From NCBI GenBank assembly GCA_963664395.2, contig OY761159.2, positions 2,240,001 through 2,304,000 of the forward strand: DNA of 64,000 nt. The letters are read 5' to 3'. Made by a program: the position numbers and the translations under genes. Source of the DNA: Candidatus Binatia bacterium (GTDB lineage Bacteria > Desulfobacterota > Binatia > Bin18). Of the stretch, positions 39,652 through 49,396 are shown piece after piece (the first letter of the stretch is position 1; the number at the start of each line of letters is the position of its first letter). Below the pieces are notes generated by a model. It made no database searches and was not told the origin of the DNA. It saw nothing but the letters and a program-made list of their open reading frames with translations.

Positions 39652-40494
39652 ATGAAAATTGGTATTACGATGTTTGCAACGGATTATGCGATTCGACCCG
39701 ATACGCTGGCGAAAGAATGTGAGGACCGCGGCTTTGAGTCCATCTGGTTTCCCGAGCACACCCACATCCCGGTCAGCCGCAGGAGCCCGTTTCCGGGCGG
39801 CGGGGAGTTGCCCAGGGAATACTGGCACACGCATGATTTGTTCGTGACCCTGGGCGTGGCCGCGGCCGTGACCAGTACGATCAAAATCGGGAGCGGCATC
39901 TGCCTGGTGATCGAGCGCGACCCGATTACCATGGCCAACCAAGTGGCCACCGTAGATCAACTCTCCAACGGGCGCCTACTGTTCGGCATCGGCGGCGGCT
40001 GGAACGCCGAGGAAATGGAAAACCACGGCACGCCGTTTAATCGCCGTTGGAAGGTCTGCCGCGAGCGCATCGAAGCCATGAAAGAAATCTGGACCAATGA
40101 AGAGGCCGAGTATCACGGCGAGTTTGTGGACTTCGATAAAATCTGGTCCCACCCCAAGCCGCTTCAGAAGCCCCACCCGCCGATTCTGATGGGAACCTTC
40201 AACGGCGGCTTGAAGCGGGTCGTCAACTACTGTGACGGCTGGATTCCGGTCGGCTTCGACACTACAACGTTGCCCGAGTCGATAAAAGAGCTGCACGCCT
40301 TGGCTGAGCAGGCAGGCCGCTCGGTCGACGAAGTGCCGGTCTCGATTTTTGGCTCTTCAGATAAGGAAGAAGCCTTGGCCAGTCATCAAGAGCTGGGCGT
40401 TGAGCGGGCGGTGCTGTTTCTCCCCTCGGCCGGTGCCGATACCGTGCTGCCTCTGCTGGATAAATATCAAGGCTATGTCTCACAATTTGCGTAA
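39652..40494 (+). CDS. LLM-class (probably F420-dependent) oxidoreductase
   Basis: GFESIWFPEHTHIP, DQLSNGR, GGGWNAEEM, PKPLQKPHPPI. Confidence 0.92.
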   Translation: MKIGITMFATDYAIRPDTLAKECEDRGFESIWFPEHTHIPVSRRSPFPGGGELPREYWHTHDLFVTLGVAAAVTSTIKIGSGICLVIERDPITMANQVATVDQLSNGRLLFGIGGGWNAEEMENHGTPFNRRWKVCRERIEAMKEIWTNEEAEYHGEFVDFDKIWSHPKPLQKPHPPILMGTFNGGLKRVVNYCDGWIPVGFDTTTLPESIKELHALAEQAGRSVDEVPVSIFGSSDKEEALASHQELGVERAVLFLPSAGADTVLPLLDKYQGYVSQFA

Positions 40495-40501
40495 GCCATT
40501 C

Positions 40502-40525
40502 AGGGGCGCACGACCGTGCGCCCCT
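40502..40525. repeat. REP-like palindrome
   Basis: AGGGGCGCACG-AC-CGTGCGCCCCT just after the stop codon. Confidence 0.6.
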
Positions 40526-40789
40526 CCTCTCTGGTCTACGTATTATTATAGCCCCTGATTGAGCAAACATTCGCCAGATTGTCTCTTGACATCGCCACGG
40601 CACGGGAGGAAAGTAGACGGGCCAGCCGTGGGCGATTCACGCTTATCTCCTTCCCCATCTCACTAAGCATTCATCCTCCATCGTTGACCGGTTTCTGACA
40701 CCTCACCGTATGTAGGTGTCGCTTGCCCAGACGCTTGCCGGTCGAGAAGTGAGACTGGCAGTGTGAGGCGTTCGGAGGAGGACACAAGG

Positions 40790-40897
40790 ATGTTCGGCAT
40801 ACCGCTGGAGGCTATTGGTATAGTGAGCTTTATTTTGGTGGCAGTCTTTGCCATGTATCGTGCGGATCAAAAGAAAAAAAGCGCGTCAAACAACTGA
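40790..40897 (+). CDS. Small single-TM protein (35 aa)
   Basis: GGAGGAGG RBS; MFGIPLEAIGIVSFILVAVFAMYRADQKKKSASNN; not in the ORF track. Confidence 0.7.
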   Translation: MFGIPLEAIGIVSFILVAVFAMYRADQKKKSASNN

Positions 40898-40998
40898 GTT
40901 GACCCGTATTCAGAAATGCCTGAACTGCGCGGAGGAGCTCGATTGATTCCGCGCGCAGAGCGGGTTTGAGGACTCCTGGTGCGTGTCCGTCTCCCCTT

Positions 40999-41364
40999 CT
41001 AAAGCTGGGCGTCCCATTGGGGCGCTTTCCAGTTCTTGGGACCAGGCCAGCGATAGTGCTCCAGATTCACCTTTCCATTTCGGTCGAACCCGACCCCTTC
41101 TTCCTCAAGGAGCCAACGTTGTTCCTCGGCGCGAAGGACGTCGCCACGCAGACTGATTCCGCCCGAGGCATTAATCACCCGTTGCCACGGGACTTTTTTA
41201 ATCAAAGGGCGCGGGAGGTATCGGAGCGCGGTTCCGACTGCACGAGCGGCCCGGGGCGCACCAAGAAGGGCTGCTACCTGTCCATACGTCACAACTTTTC
41301 CCCGTGGAACTTTTGTGACCAGACGATAGACGTGGGGAAAAAAACGCGCGGGACGATTTGCCAT
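40999..41364 (-). CDS. Alkyltransferase-like protein (ATL/YbaZ type)
   Basis: VPRGKVVTYGQVA, ARAVG, PWQRV (Trp replaces the catalytic Cys), LEEEGV. Confidence 0.92.
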   Translation of the reverse strand: MANRPARFFPHVYRLVTKVPRGKVVTYGQVAALLGAPRAARAVGTALRYLPRPLIKKVPWQRVINASGGISLRGDVLRAEEQRWLLEEEGVGFDRNGKVNLEHYRWPGPKNWKAPQWDAQL

Positions 41365-41393
41365 GGGAAAAGGCGTAACCCGCCCTTACGCCC

Positions 41394-41813
41394 TTACGGA
41401 GAAAGCACCTCAAGTTGCTTGAGCAGCCCAAACACGTCCCACGAGAGCCAGACTTCTTCAATCTTTTCGTCTGCTATGCGATACACCGCAACACCCGCGA
41501 CCACGACCTCCTTGCCCGTTGACGCAACGCCCATGAAATTGCCGTCGTGCGTGCCATGGAAGGTCCAGCGCGCGACGACTTTTTCTCCTTGCGAAATAAA
41601 ATCTTCTATCGTGAAATGGACGTTCGGAAATCCCCTCCGCACAGAAGAGACGATCTGTTTGACATCGTCAGGCCCGCCGCCAAGGTCATAGCCGGCGGGA
41701 TAGTGGCTGACATAGGTCGGAGCAATGAGCTCCTCAATGGTCTCCATGTTGCCCTGATTGAGACATTCTTCAAAATAACGACGGACGATGCCTTTGTTTT
41801 TTACAGTAGCCAT
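41394..41813 (-). CDS. SnoaL-like ester cyclase
   Basis: NKGIVRRYFEE, FPNVHFTIED, GTHDGNFMGVASTGK, LLKQL. Confidence 0.9.
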   Translation of the reverse strand: MATVKNKGIVRRYFEECLNQGNMETIEELIAPTYVSHYPAGYDLGGGPDDVKQIVSSVRRGFPNVHFTIEDFISQGEKVVARWTFHGTHDGNFMGVASTGKEVVVAGVAVYRIADEKIEEVWLSWDVFGLLKQLEVLSP

Positions 41814-41835
41814 GAGAATGCTTCCGATTGAGTGC

Positions 41836-41895
41836 GAAATTTTACCCGAAATTTTACCCGAAATCTTGTCTGAAATCTTGTCTGAAATTTTGCCT
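41836..41895. repeat. Intergenic 12-bp tandem repeat x5
   Basis: GAAATTTTACCC x2, GAAATCTTGTCT x2, GAAATTTTGCCT. Confidence 0.9.
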
Positions 41896-41908
41896 TTGTG
41901 TCCGGCTC

Positions 41909-42745
41909 TTAGACATCCTGCTGTTTGCGTCGCTCCGTCCGCTGTGCGCCCGGCACGAGCTTGGACACTATTGTTGCGCCTTGCCAGTCGCCCTGAAAGT
42001 CTTCGGCAATGACGGTCACCCGGACCATTTCACTTAAGCCTTGGGGATTCGGGAGGAGATTCGCATCCAACTTCCCGTCCTCAGGCAGCATGGTCTCGAC
42101 ATCCGGCGGGGGAAGCGCACCGGGGTCTTCGGGATAGTTGCCAATAGACACGCGGTAATACGTCTTGTGCTGCTGTTGCACTACGACGGACACCGGGTAG
42201 GCCAGACCGGTCGGAAGTCGGTCCGGAACCTCAAGCGCAATATTCGGTGCATACTCACCAAACCGTCCTTCTCGGTACGTGGCAAGGCGTTTGTCGGTGT
42301 AGATCTGCCACTGCCCTGCGTGCTTCCGCAACAGATGAGAGAGGATATCGGTAATGACCACCTCTCCCTCTCCAATATTGCGGAAACGGTCGGTATAGCG
42401 CAGGCGCATATAGGTCGTAATTTCTGCTCGCGTGTCGCCCGCGTCTGTCACATCGACCTTATCAACGCTCAGCGACACATTGCTCTTCCGCAGCCGCGTC
42501 AGCACCTCCCCCACGCCTTGCTTTGACCGTCCGGTGCCACTGATGAAATCATCCGCATAGACGGCCAGCACCTGCTCCGGGTCAAAAGCTTCCAGCCCTT
42601 GAGAGAGCTGCTCAAGGGTCTGCCGGAGATCCTTTGGAACTGATTGGGCAGCCGACTGGAAGAATGCTGAGTCAGATACGCCGTTCGGGCGTTCACATGC
42701 TGTCCCCACGCACAGAGCAAGGAGCACCAGGGAGAGACGGTTCAT
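41909..42745 (-). CDS. Lipoprotein with an NTF2-like domain
   Basis: GTAC lipobox; VLAVYADDF...GQWQI NTF2-like pattern. Confidence 0.75.
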   Translation of the reverse strand: MNRLSLVLLALCVGTACERPNGVSDSAFFQSAAQSVPKDLRQTLEQLSQGLEAFDPEQVLAVYADDFISGTGRSKQGVGEVLTRLRKSNVSLSVDKVDVTDAGDTRAEITTYMRLRYTDRFRNIGEGEVVITDILSHLLRKHAGQWQIYTDKRLATYREGRFGEYAPNIALEVPDRLPTGLAYPVSVVVQQQHKTYYRVSIGNYPEDPGALPPPDVETMLPEDGKLDANLLPNPQGLSEMVRVTVIAEDFQGDWQGATIVSKLVPGAQRTERRKQQDV

Positions 42746-42817
42746 ACTTGAGGCTGTACAGAAAAGTACGCCTCTCTACAAGCCAGGGAGCGAGGTTGGC
42801 CCAAAAATCGGAACAAA

Positions 42818-43834
42818 TCAAAACAAGTCGGGCTCTGCCTGTAACGGCTGGAGATCTGGCCGGCAGACGCCACACGGCGCGTAGCCAATTTCTTCTGCTC
42901 GTGTACGCGAGGCGATGAATACACGACTCCCCGCTCGAATGCCCTTTGAAGTTTCACAGCCCGGTCGGCAAAATATATGATCCGGCTGCCGACCGACATA
43001 GAGCCGATTCCGGGCAATGGCGAAGCCTGATTTTGATTGAACAGTCGGTATGCCTTCAACCGCAAGAATATCCCGCTTGAGCGCGATTTTATTGCCGGCA
43101 TAACCCGTAAGACTGCCATTACTGCCAATCACGCGGTGACAGGGAATCTGAATCGGCACCGGATTGTAACGCAGGGCCTGCGCAACCGCGCGGACGGCTT
43201 TGGGCTGACTGATTCTTTCGGCAAGACCCAAATACGTCGTGAGGGTGCCATAGGGAATCTCACTCGCCGCCTGTAAGACTTGGCGCTGAAAATCACTGCG
43301 CATGAGGACATCATCGATTACCCAATCAAGCGCCTGTCGCGAGCCGTTCAAGTACGCTTCGAGCTTTTGGGTCAGAGAAGCAGTATGACCCATATTTCCT
43401 TCGGGCTGCTCAATGGAAAATTGAGCAAATTTTTCTCCGAGTCTCCGTGCTCCATCTCCGGGGTCATCGGGAGAAACGAATTCAACCAGAGCCACCCCCT
43501 TACCCGTTGTGCCGATCCGCACCGGACCAAGAGGAGAGTGCCAGATGCTCAGGACGAGGCGCGGACGAGCGCGCTCAGTCAACTGGGCCAACTCGGCCAA
43601 CTCGGTATCGAGTGCGTGTCGAGCGGAGGCGAGTCCAGTCTCAGAGGCGGGCAAAGAGCCAAGCTGAAAGCGGACCTGTCTGTACTGTTCCAGGCGCTGA
43701 GCGCAGTCAGGACAGTCGGTCAGGTGACTGCGGACTTTCTGCTGTATCAGCTGTGAATTTTCTCCGAGCGCTTCGGCGATAATGTCGTCTTCAGCAAATC
43801 CACACGAGAGAGGGTTACGTTTTTGGGTTGGCAT
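42818..43834 (-). CDS. Fusion protein: zinc anti-sigma (zf-HC2) + O6-methylguanine-DNA methyltransferase + C-terminal Ada Zn-binding domain
   Basis: N-terminal C...HLTDCPDC; SPLG, FQRQV, IPYG, RAVA, PCHRV active site; C-terminal FCRPGC...GYAPCGVCRP. Confidence 0.9.
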   Translation of the reverse strand: MPTQKRNPLSCGFAEDDIIAEALGENSQLIQQKVRSHLTDCPDCAQRLEQYRQVRFQLGSLPASETGLASARHALDTELAELAQLTERARPRLVLSIWHSPLGPVRIGTTGKGVALVEFVSPDDPGDGARRLGEKFAQFSIEQPEGNMGHTASLTQKLEAYLNGSRQALDWVIDDVLMRSDFQRQVLQAASEIPYGTLTTYLGLAERISQPKAVRAVAQALRYNPVPIQIPCHRVIGSNGSLTGYAGNKIALKRDILAVEGIPTVQSKSGFAIARNRLYVGRQPDHIFCRPGCETSKGIRAGSRVFIASRTRAEEIGYAPCGVCRPDLQPLQAEPDLF

Positions 43835-44387
43835 GGCATCTCCTTTCTTCTTCTGTCGTGACCCGTTGCCAGTACGCCCGCAGCTTCTTCAGGGCTTGAT
43901 ACACATGCGCCCGGGCGCTGTCTTCGGAGCAGTCCAGGTTTTCGGCAATCTCCCGATAGGCGAGTCCTTCAAGCTGCCGCTGTATCACTGCCGTGCGCTG
44001 CCGGAAGGGTAAAGCCCGCAGCGCGTTCAGGAGCACCTGGGCTGTCTCCTGCGAGTGAAACGTCTGTTCCGGCGTTGTCGGATGAACTTTTTGAGAAGGG
44101 CTGGACTCGTCCGCGACAAATACTTTTCTATAACGTTGCCGGCCGCGGATATAATTTTTTACGAGATTTGTTGCAATTCGGAAAAGCCAGGCTCGGTGGT
44201 TCGCATCAGCTGGAAGGTCGGCATAGGCACGGTAGGCTCGCAGAAAGGTGTCCTGGAATAACTCCTGCGCGTCGTCGCCATTGCCCGTACAGCGGACGAG
44301 ATAGCGATAGACGGAGCGCTGATGGAGATCGACGATCTCTCCAAATGCGCTCGCCGTGTTACTGAGTTTTTCTGTAGCAGGTGCCAT
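43815..44387 (-). CDS. ECF RNA polymerase sigma factor
   Basis: Region 2 DAQELFQDTFLRAY...AWLFRIATN; region 4 LPFRQRTAV...GLAYREIAENL; 190 aa. Confidence 0.95.
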   Translation of the reverse strand: MAPATEKLSNTASAFGEIVDLHQRSVYRYLVRCTGNGDDAQELFQDTFLRAYRAYADLPADANHRAWLFRIATNLVKNYIRGRQRYRKVFVADESSPSQKVHPTTPEQTFHSQETAQVLLNALRALPFRQRTAVIQRQLEGLAYREIAENLDCSEDSARAHVYQALKKLRAYWQRVTTEEERRCHANPKT

Positions 44388-44626
44388 TCCAATTACGTAC
44401 TTTCGCCTGAAGCAGTCATACCCAGAACCCTGCTGGTAGGGGAGCGAGAATCCCCAGAAAGCAAGTCAGTAAAAACCACGAAATGAGCAATGAGCGATAC
44501 GCATACATAAAACACACCCTCCGTCTCGTTTATTTCTCTTACGTTCTCTATATAAGACACTGGAGGGTGCGCTGTGTGAAAAAAATTATTGCCCGACAGC
44601 AGTCCGGCCCGTATAGTCCATATGTT

Positions 44627-45355
44627 ATGCAGAGCATCGCCACAACGATCGTTGCCCTCCTCGTTCTTGGCGCTCTTGCGAGCACCCTGACCGCGCCGTC
44701 TCCCGCCGGCCGGACGAATTTTTTTCCGCTTGCCCTGCGTAACACCTGGACGCATGAAGTAAAATTCTCCGGGGGAGATTATCACTATTATATGACGGAG
44801 ACGGTGATCCGGGATGATTTTCCGCTGCTTGAAGGCGCGTCATATATTGTTGCCGAGGAGTATGAGCCTTTAACCGACAGAGCGCCTGAGGCGAAAAGCA
44901 CGGTCGCCTACCTGCGCAAAGACGGCTTTCTCCTCCGCTACCCCTGGCTTGACTCCGAGCATGACAAAGTCTGGGATACAAATCTTGGTGAAGGCATAGA
45001 GCGCATCCTGCCCAGCCCCTATACCGGAGAGCGGAGTTGGGAGGCCGGGCTCCGGACCAAGGCCTGGCCGCTTGAGGGCGGTCAGCAGGTGACTGCCTCG
45101 GCCCACGCGCGGATCGATCCTGTAGCGGTTCAGGTTCCAGCCGGAACGTTCCACAACTGTCTGCGAGTGGAAACCAGGACAACGAGCAGAGTAGCCGACC
45201 CAAGACTCGAGACCACAGAATTCCGCCTCCACTACACCGAGTGGTATGCCCGGGGGGTGGGCTTGGTCAAAGCCATTAGCAGCGAAGGCGAAGGAACGCC
45301 GGTCAAGAGCGTCACCGAGCTGGTATCGTATCGGGTCTACGCGCCGTCGGACTAA
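44627..45355 (+). CDS. Hypothetical secreted protein
   Basis: Signal peptide, FFPLA..NTW, VQVPAGTFHNCLRV, WYARGVGLVK. Confidence 0.8.
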   Translation: MQSIATTIVALLVLGALASTLTAPSPAGRTNFFPLALRNTWTHEVKFSGGDYHYYMTETVIRDDFPLLEGASYIVAEEYEPLTDRAPEAKSTVAYLRKDGFLLRYPWLDSEHDKVWDTNLGEGIERILPSPYTGERSWEAGLRTKAWPLEGGQQVTASAHARIDPVAVQVPAGTFHNCLRVETRTTSRVADPRLETTEFRLHYTEWYARGVGLVKAISSEGEGTPVKSVTELVSYRVYAPSD

Positions 45356-45455
45356 CGTATGACCTGCGCATATCACGGCGCAATTCCTATCCATCGCCAC
45401 CTTGCGCTTGACTTCCCACTCCGGTTTGCTAGGCAGCAGGGAGAGGGAGGACAGG

Positions 45456-46331
45456 ATGTATCCCAAAGCTATCGAACAGTATTTTGCGCCGACTGATGTT
45501 GCAGAGGTGCTGACGCTCCTCCAACAATATGGGGAGCAGGCAAAACTCCTGGCCGGTGGCCAGAGTCTGATGCCGTTGATGAAACTGCGTCTGGCCGAGC
45601 CACAGACCATTATTGATCTGAACCAAGTGGCGGCGCTTGACGATATCCGTGAGGAGAACGGTCGCTTGCACATCGGCGCGCTCGCCCGTCATGCTGACGT
45701 GGCTACCCATCCGCTCATTCTGCAATCCTATCCGCTCTTGGCGTACGCCGCTCAGAGTATCGGCGATCCGCAAATCCGAAACCGGGGGACGATCGCCGGA
45801 AGTCTTGTCCATGCCGATCCCTCAGCCGATTATCCCCCGGCTGTGATAGCCCTGGATGGCCAGTTGGTAGTAGCTAAGGCTGACGGGAGCACCCGAACGG
45901 TTGCCGCGGAGGATTTTCTGGCCGGCCCGCTGATGAGCGATATTGGCGCAGATGAATTGGTCACGCGGATTGAAATTCCAGCGCCGGCCGCTCGCTCAGG
46001 TGGTGTATACGCAAAGCACAGCCAAGTCGCGGGCGACTTTGCCATTATCAGTGTGGCGGCCCACATCACGCTCGACCCGAGCGGGATATGCCAGCGGGCA
46101 ACCATCATTGTCGGCGGCGTGATGCCCAAGCCGTGCCGAGCCGGGCAGGCTGCTGGTCTACTGACAGGAAAGGCCATTGACGCTGCGCTCCTGACCCAGG
46201 TCGGAGAAGCCGCGGCCGAGGAAGTGGAAACCGAAGATGACGTGAGAGCATCGGCAGCCTACCGCAGCCAGCTTATTCGCGTCTCAGTGCCAGACATAGT
46301 TCGCCGGGCCAGCGCCCGAGCAGAAGCGTAA
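45456..46331 (+). CDS. Molybdenum hydroxylase FAD subunit (CoxM-like)
   Basis: LAGGQSL, IGDPQIRNRGTIAGS, ADPSAD, SAAYR. Confidence 0.94.
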   Translation: MYPKAIEQYFAPTDVAEVLTLLQQYGEQAKLLAGGQSLMPLMKLRLAEPQTIIDLNQVAALDDIREENGRLHIGALARHADVATHPLILQSYPLLAYAAQSIGDPQIRNRGTIAGSLVHADPSADYPPAVIALDGQLVVAKADGSTRTVAAEDFLAGPLMSDIGADELVTRIEIPAPAARSGGVYAKHSQVAGDFAIISVAAHITLDPSGICQRATIIVGGVMPKPCRAGQAAGLLTGKAIDAALLTQVGEAAAEEVETEDDVRASAAYRSQLIRVSVPDIVRRASARAEA

Positions 46332-46366
46332 ACCCACCCGCCATATCAGAGTGAGGAGAGGGCCGC

Positions 46367-46873
46367 ATGAAACAAAGCATAGGCATAACGATTAACGGCG
46401 AAGTCTACGAGGAGGCGGTTGACCTGCGCCTCTTGCTGGTGGACTTCATTCGTGAGGTGGCGGGACTGACGGGCACGCATGTCGGTTGCTCGGTTGAAGG
46501 GCGCTGCGGGGCGTGTACGGTTATTCTGAATGGTAAGGCCGTCAAGTCGTGCCTGCTGTTAGCCGTTCAGGCCGATGGGGCCAGGGTGCTGACCGTTGAG
46601 GGCCTGGCGAGAGATGACGCGCTCCATCCCATTCAAGACGGCTTCTGGGAAAAGCACGGCTTGCAGTGCGGGTTTTGCACGCCCGGTTTGCTGATGGCCT
46701 TGTACGAATTTCTTCAGCACCCCAAGCACTCGGATGAAGAAATCCGCACCGCCATGTCGGGGGTTATCTGCCGCTGTACGGGCTATGTTCATATCGTTGA
46801 GGCGGTCAAGCACGCCATCACAACGGTCGAGGCGCTGTCGCCACAAGAGCGCAAAGAATGGTTTCCGGAATGA
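46367..46873 (+). CDS. Molybdenum hydroxylase 2Fe-2S subunit (CoxS-like)
   Basis: GC...CGACTV...SC, QCGFCTPG, CRCTGY. Confidence 0.95.
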   Translation: MKQSIGITINGEVYEEAVDLRLLLVDFIREVAGLTGTHVGCSVEGRCGACTVILNGKAVKSCLLLAVQADGARVLTVEGLARDDALHPIQDGFWEKHGLQCGFCTPGLLMALYEFLQHPKHSDEEIRTAMSGVICRCTGYVHIVEAVKHAITTVEALSPQERKEWFPE

Positions 46874-46945
46874 GTAAACGCGCCCTCCGACAGACATGCA
46901 GATGTTGGCACGTTTACTCATCTATAGCGAACAAAGGAGCGCGTC

Positions 46946-49312
46946 ATGGCTACCGCGAATGTTTGGGTCGGCCGATCCATTAAACGCAAAGAAGATCGCC
47001 GTTTATTAGTTGGGGACGGGCAGTATCTGCCGGACCTCGTCCTGCCACGTATGGTGATAATGGGCCTGGTGCGCAGCATCTACGCCCACGCAAAAATTAC
47101 GTCCATAGACACCGCTCAGGCGACTGCCCTGCCCGGCGTGCGGACCGTTCTTACCGGCGCAGATGTCAAACACCTTGGGCCGGTGCTGTCAGATATGAGT
47201 ACGCCGAATCTGCCCGGCGAGACCAAACGGCCGATCTTCTGGCCGTTATCGATTGACGAGGTGAAATACGTCGGCGACCCGCTGGCCGTTGTGGTCGCCC
47301 GCGATAAATACACCCTCGAAGACGCGCTTGAGCTGGTAGACGTTGAGTACGATCCGCTCGATATCGTGCTCGATCCCGAGTACGCTCTCCAACCCGACGC
47401 GCCGCGCCTCTATCCCGACTGGGGCGATAATATACTCTACCATCAGCACATTCCCGCCGGTGATCCCGACGCGGCCTTTGCCCAGGCGGACCTGGTCGTC
47501 AAGGAACGCTTTCGTTGCCACCGCACAGGGGGACAGCCCATGGAAACCCGTGGCTGTCTGGCAACGTATAACCCAGGCGAGGGTATGACGTTGTGGCTGA
47601 CCACCCAGCGCCCGCATATTAAACGCCACCTGCTGGCCGAATACCTCAACATTCCACACAGCCAGATGCGGGTGATTATGCCCAAAGACATGGGCGGCGC
47701 GTTTGGGACCAAGGCGCCACTTTATCGGGAAGAACTCCTGGCCTGTCACTTGGCCATGAAACTGCGCCGTCCGGTGAAATGGGTCGAGAACCGTCAAGAA
47801 AGTTTGATGAATGTGGGCCAGGGCCGGGATCAGATTCATGAGATCGAACTGGCCGTGAAGAAGGACGGCACCATTCTGGGCTTACGAGATAAGATTCTGG
47901 CCGATTGCGGCGACGCCCGAACTGCTATTTACGTCGGTTTTGCCATGCCCTTTTTGGGTGCGATGTACCTCATCAACGGTTACGACATTCCCAACGTGGA
48001 TATCGATCTCACCTGTGTGGTGACCAATAAAGCCTGCCTCACGCCGAGTCGGGCGTTCGGTTCGTTTGCCGGACGCTTCGCGCTCGACCGGGCGGTTGAA
48101 CTGGCGGCCCGCGCTCTGGAGATGGACCCGGTTGAGATTCGTCTCAAAAATGCCATCAAGACCTTCCCGCACGTTTCAGCGGTTGGCGTCAACGTAGACT
48201 CGGGGGACTTTCCCGGCTCGTTTGCCAAGGCGTGCGCCGCGCTGGATTACGACAATTTTCGGAAAGAACAGGCCGAGGCGTGGCAAAACGGACGCTATCT
48301 TGGCGTCGGCTTCAGCATGGGGGTGGAAATTTCCGGTGTGCCCTCAGAGGTGCTGGTACCCATGGAACGCCAGCCCGGCTTTGGCGTGGCCGTGGTCCAG
48401 TTCGACGCGCACGGCAAAGTTCAGGTGGCCGAGGGCGACTCGCCGCACGGCCAGGGGCATGAGACGACGATCGCTCAGGTCGTCGCCGGCGAACTCGGCC
48501 TGTCACCCGAGGATATTTACGTCACCTATGGTGACACCCACTCCGGCCCCTTTGCCGCAGGCACCATTGGTTCACGCGGCGCTTCCTATACGCTCAGCGC
48601 CGCGGTGCTGGCCGCGCGCGCCCTGCGGCCCAAGATGGCCAATATTGCCGCCCACCTGCTACATGTCGAGGCCGGCGAGGACGACTTCATCTTCCGTGAC
48701 GGATACGTCATTTTGGCCAAAGACGAGAGCCGGCGCGTGCCGACTGCCAAGATTGCCGAGGTGGCGCTGCTCTCTCCGACCGAACTGCCGCCCGGTATGG
48801 AGGCCGGCCTTGAGCACACCTCCCATTTTGAGGCCGAGACCGCGGGCATGCATAGCTGTAACGTCCATGCAGCCCAGGTCGAGGTGTTTCCCGACACGGG
48901 TGAGTATAAAATCGTACGCTATGTTGCGGTGGATGACGCCGGGCAGCCGATTAATCCCATGGTGGTTCGGGGCCAAATCCACGGTGGGGTGGCTATGGGG
49001 ATAGGCAATGCGTGTATGGAAGAGTTCATCTACGATGAAAACGGTCAGCAGCTCACCACTACGCTGATGGACTACCACATCCCCTCCTCCCTCGATCTCC
49101 CGCATATCGAAACCATCGAACACAACGTCCCCTCGCCGCACACCCCGCTAGGCTCAAAGGGGAAAGGCGAGGGCACACCCGGCATGGTACCGGCCGCGGT
49201 GGCGAATGCGCTTGAGGACGCCTTGCAACCTTTTGGCGTCAAAATCACGGAACTGCCGCTCACGCCGGAGCGGATTTGGAAGTTGATTCAGGCGGCGCAG
49301 TCAAAAAAATAA
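46946..49312 (+). CDS. Xanthine dehydrogenase family molybdopterin subunit (CoxL-like, substrate unknown)
   Basis: RKEDRRL, METRG, GGAFGTK, HGQGHET, GQIHGG, KGKGE. Confidence 0.94.
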   Translation: MATANVWVGRSIKRKEDRRLLVGDGQYLPDLVLPRMVIMGLVRSIYAHAKITSIDTAQATALPGVRTVLTGADVKHLGPVLSDMSTPNLPGETKRPIFWPLSIDEVKYVGDPLAVVVARDKYTLEDALELVDVEYDPLDIVLDPEYALQPDAPRLYPDWGDNILYHQHIPAGDPDAAFAQADLVVKERFRCHRTGGQPMETRGCLATYNPGEGMTLWLTTQRPHIKRHLLAEYLNIPHSQMRVIMPKDMGGAFGTKAPLYREELLACHLAMKLRRPVKWVENRQESLMNVGQGRDQIHEIELAVKKDGTILGLRDKILADCGDARTAIYVGFAMPFLGAMYLINGYDIPNVDIDLTCVVTNKACLTPSRAFGSFAGRFALDRAVELAARALEMDPVEIRLKNAIKTFPHVSAVGVNVDSGDFPGSFAKACAALDYDNFRKEQAEAWQNGRYLGVGFSMGVEISGVPSEVLVPMERQPGFGVAVVQFDAHGKVQVAEGDSPHGQGHETTIAQVVAGELGLSPEDIYVTYGDTHSGPFAAGTIGSRGASYTLSAAVLAARALRPKMANIAAHLLHVEAGEDDFIFRDGYVILAKDESRRVPTAKIAEVALLSPTELPPGMEAGLEHTSHFEAETAGMHSCNVHAAQVEVFPDTGEYKIVRYVAVDDAGQPINPMVVRGQIHGGVAMGIGNACMEEFIYDENGQQLTTTLMDYHIPSSLDLPHIETIEHNVPSPHTPLGSKGKGEGTPGMVPAAVANALEDALQPFGVKITELPLTPERIWKLIQAAQSKK

Positions 49313-49396
49313 AGGGTAGGAAGACTTCGTCGTTGCTCCTCGGGAAAACAAGGAGTCTCAGACGCAGGTCGTTCAGTGGACGAAGGAGGGATCAGT

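Noticed and set aside
41836-41895. Possible CRISPR array or iterons
   Set aside because: The 12-bp units are contiguous without spacers, and there is no cas or rep gene; this is a simple minisatellite.
45456-49312. Aerobic CO dehydrogenase (coxMSL)
   Set aside because: Lacks the Cu-binding AYxCSFR motif and has no cox accessory genes.
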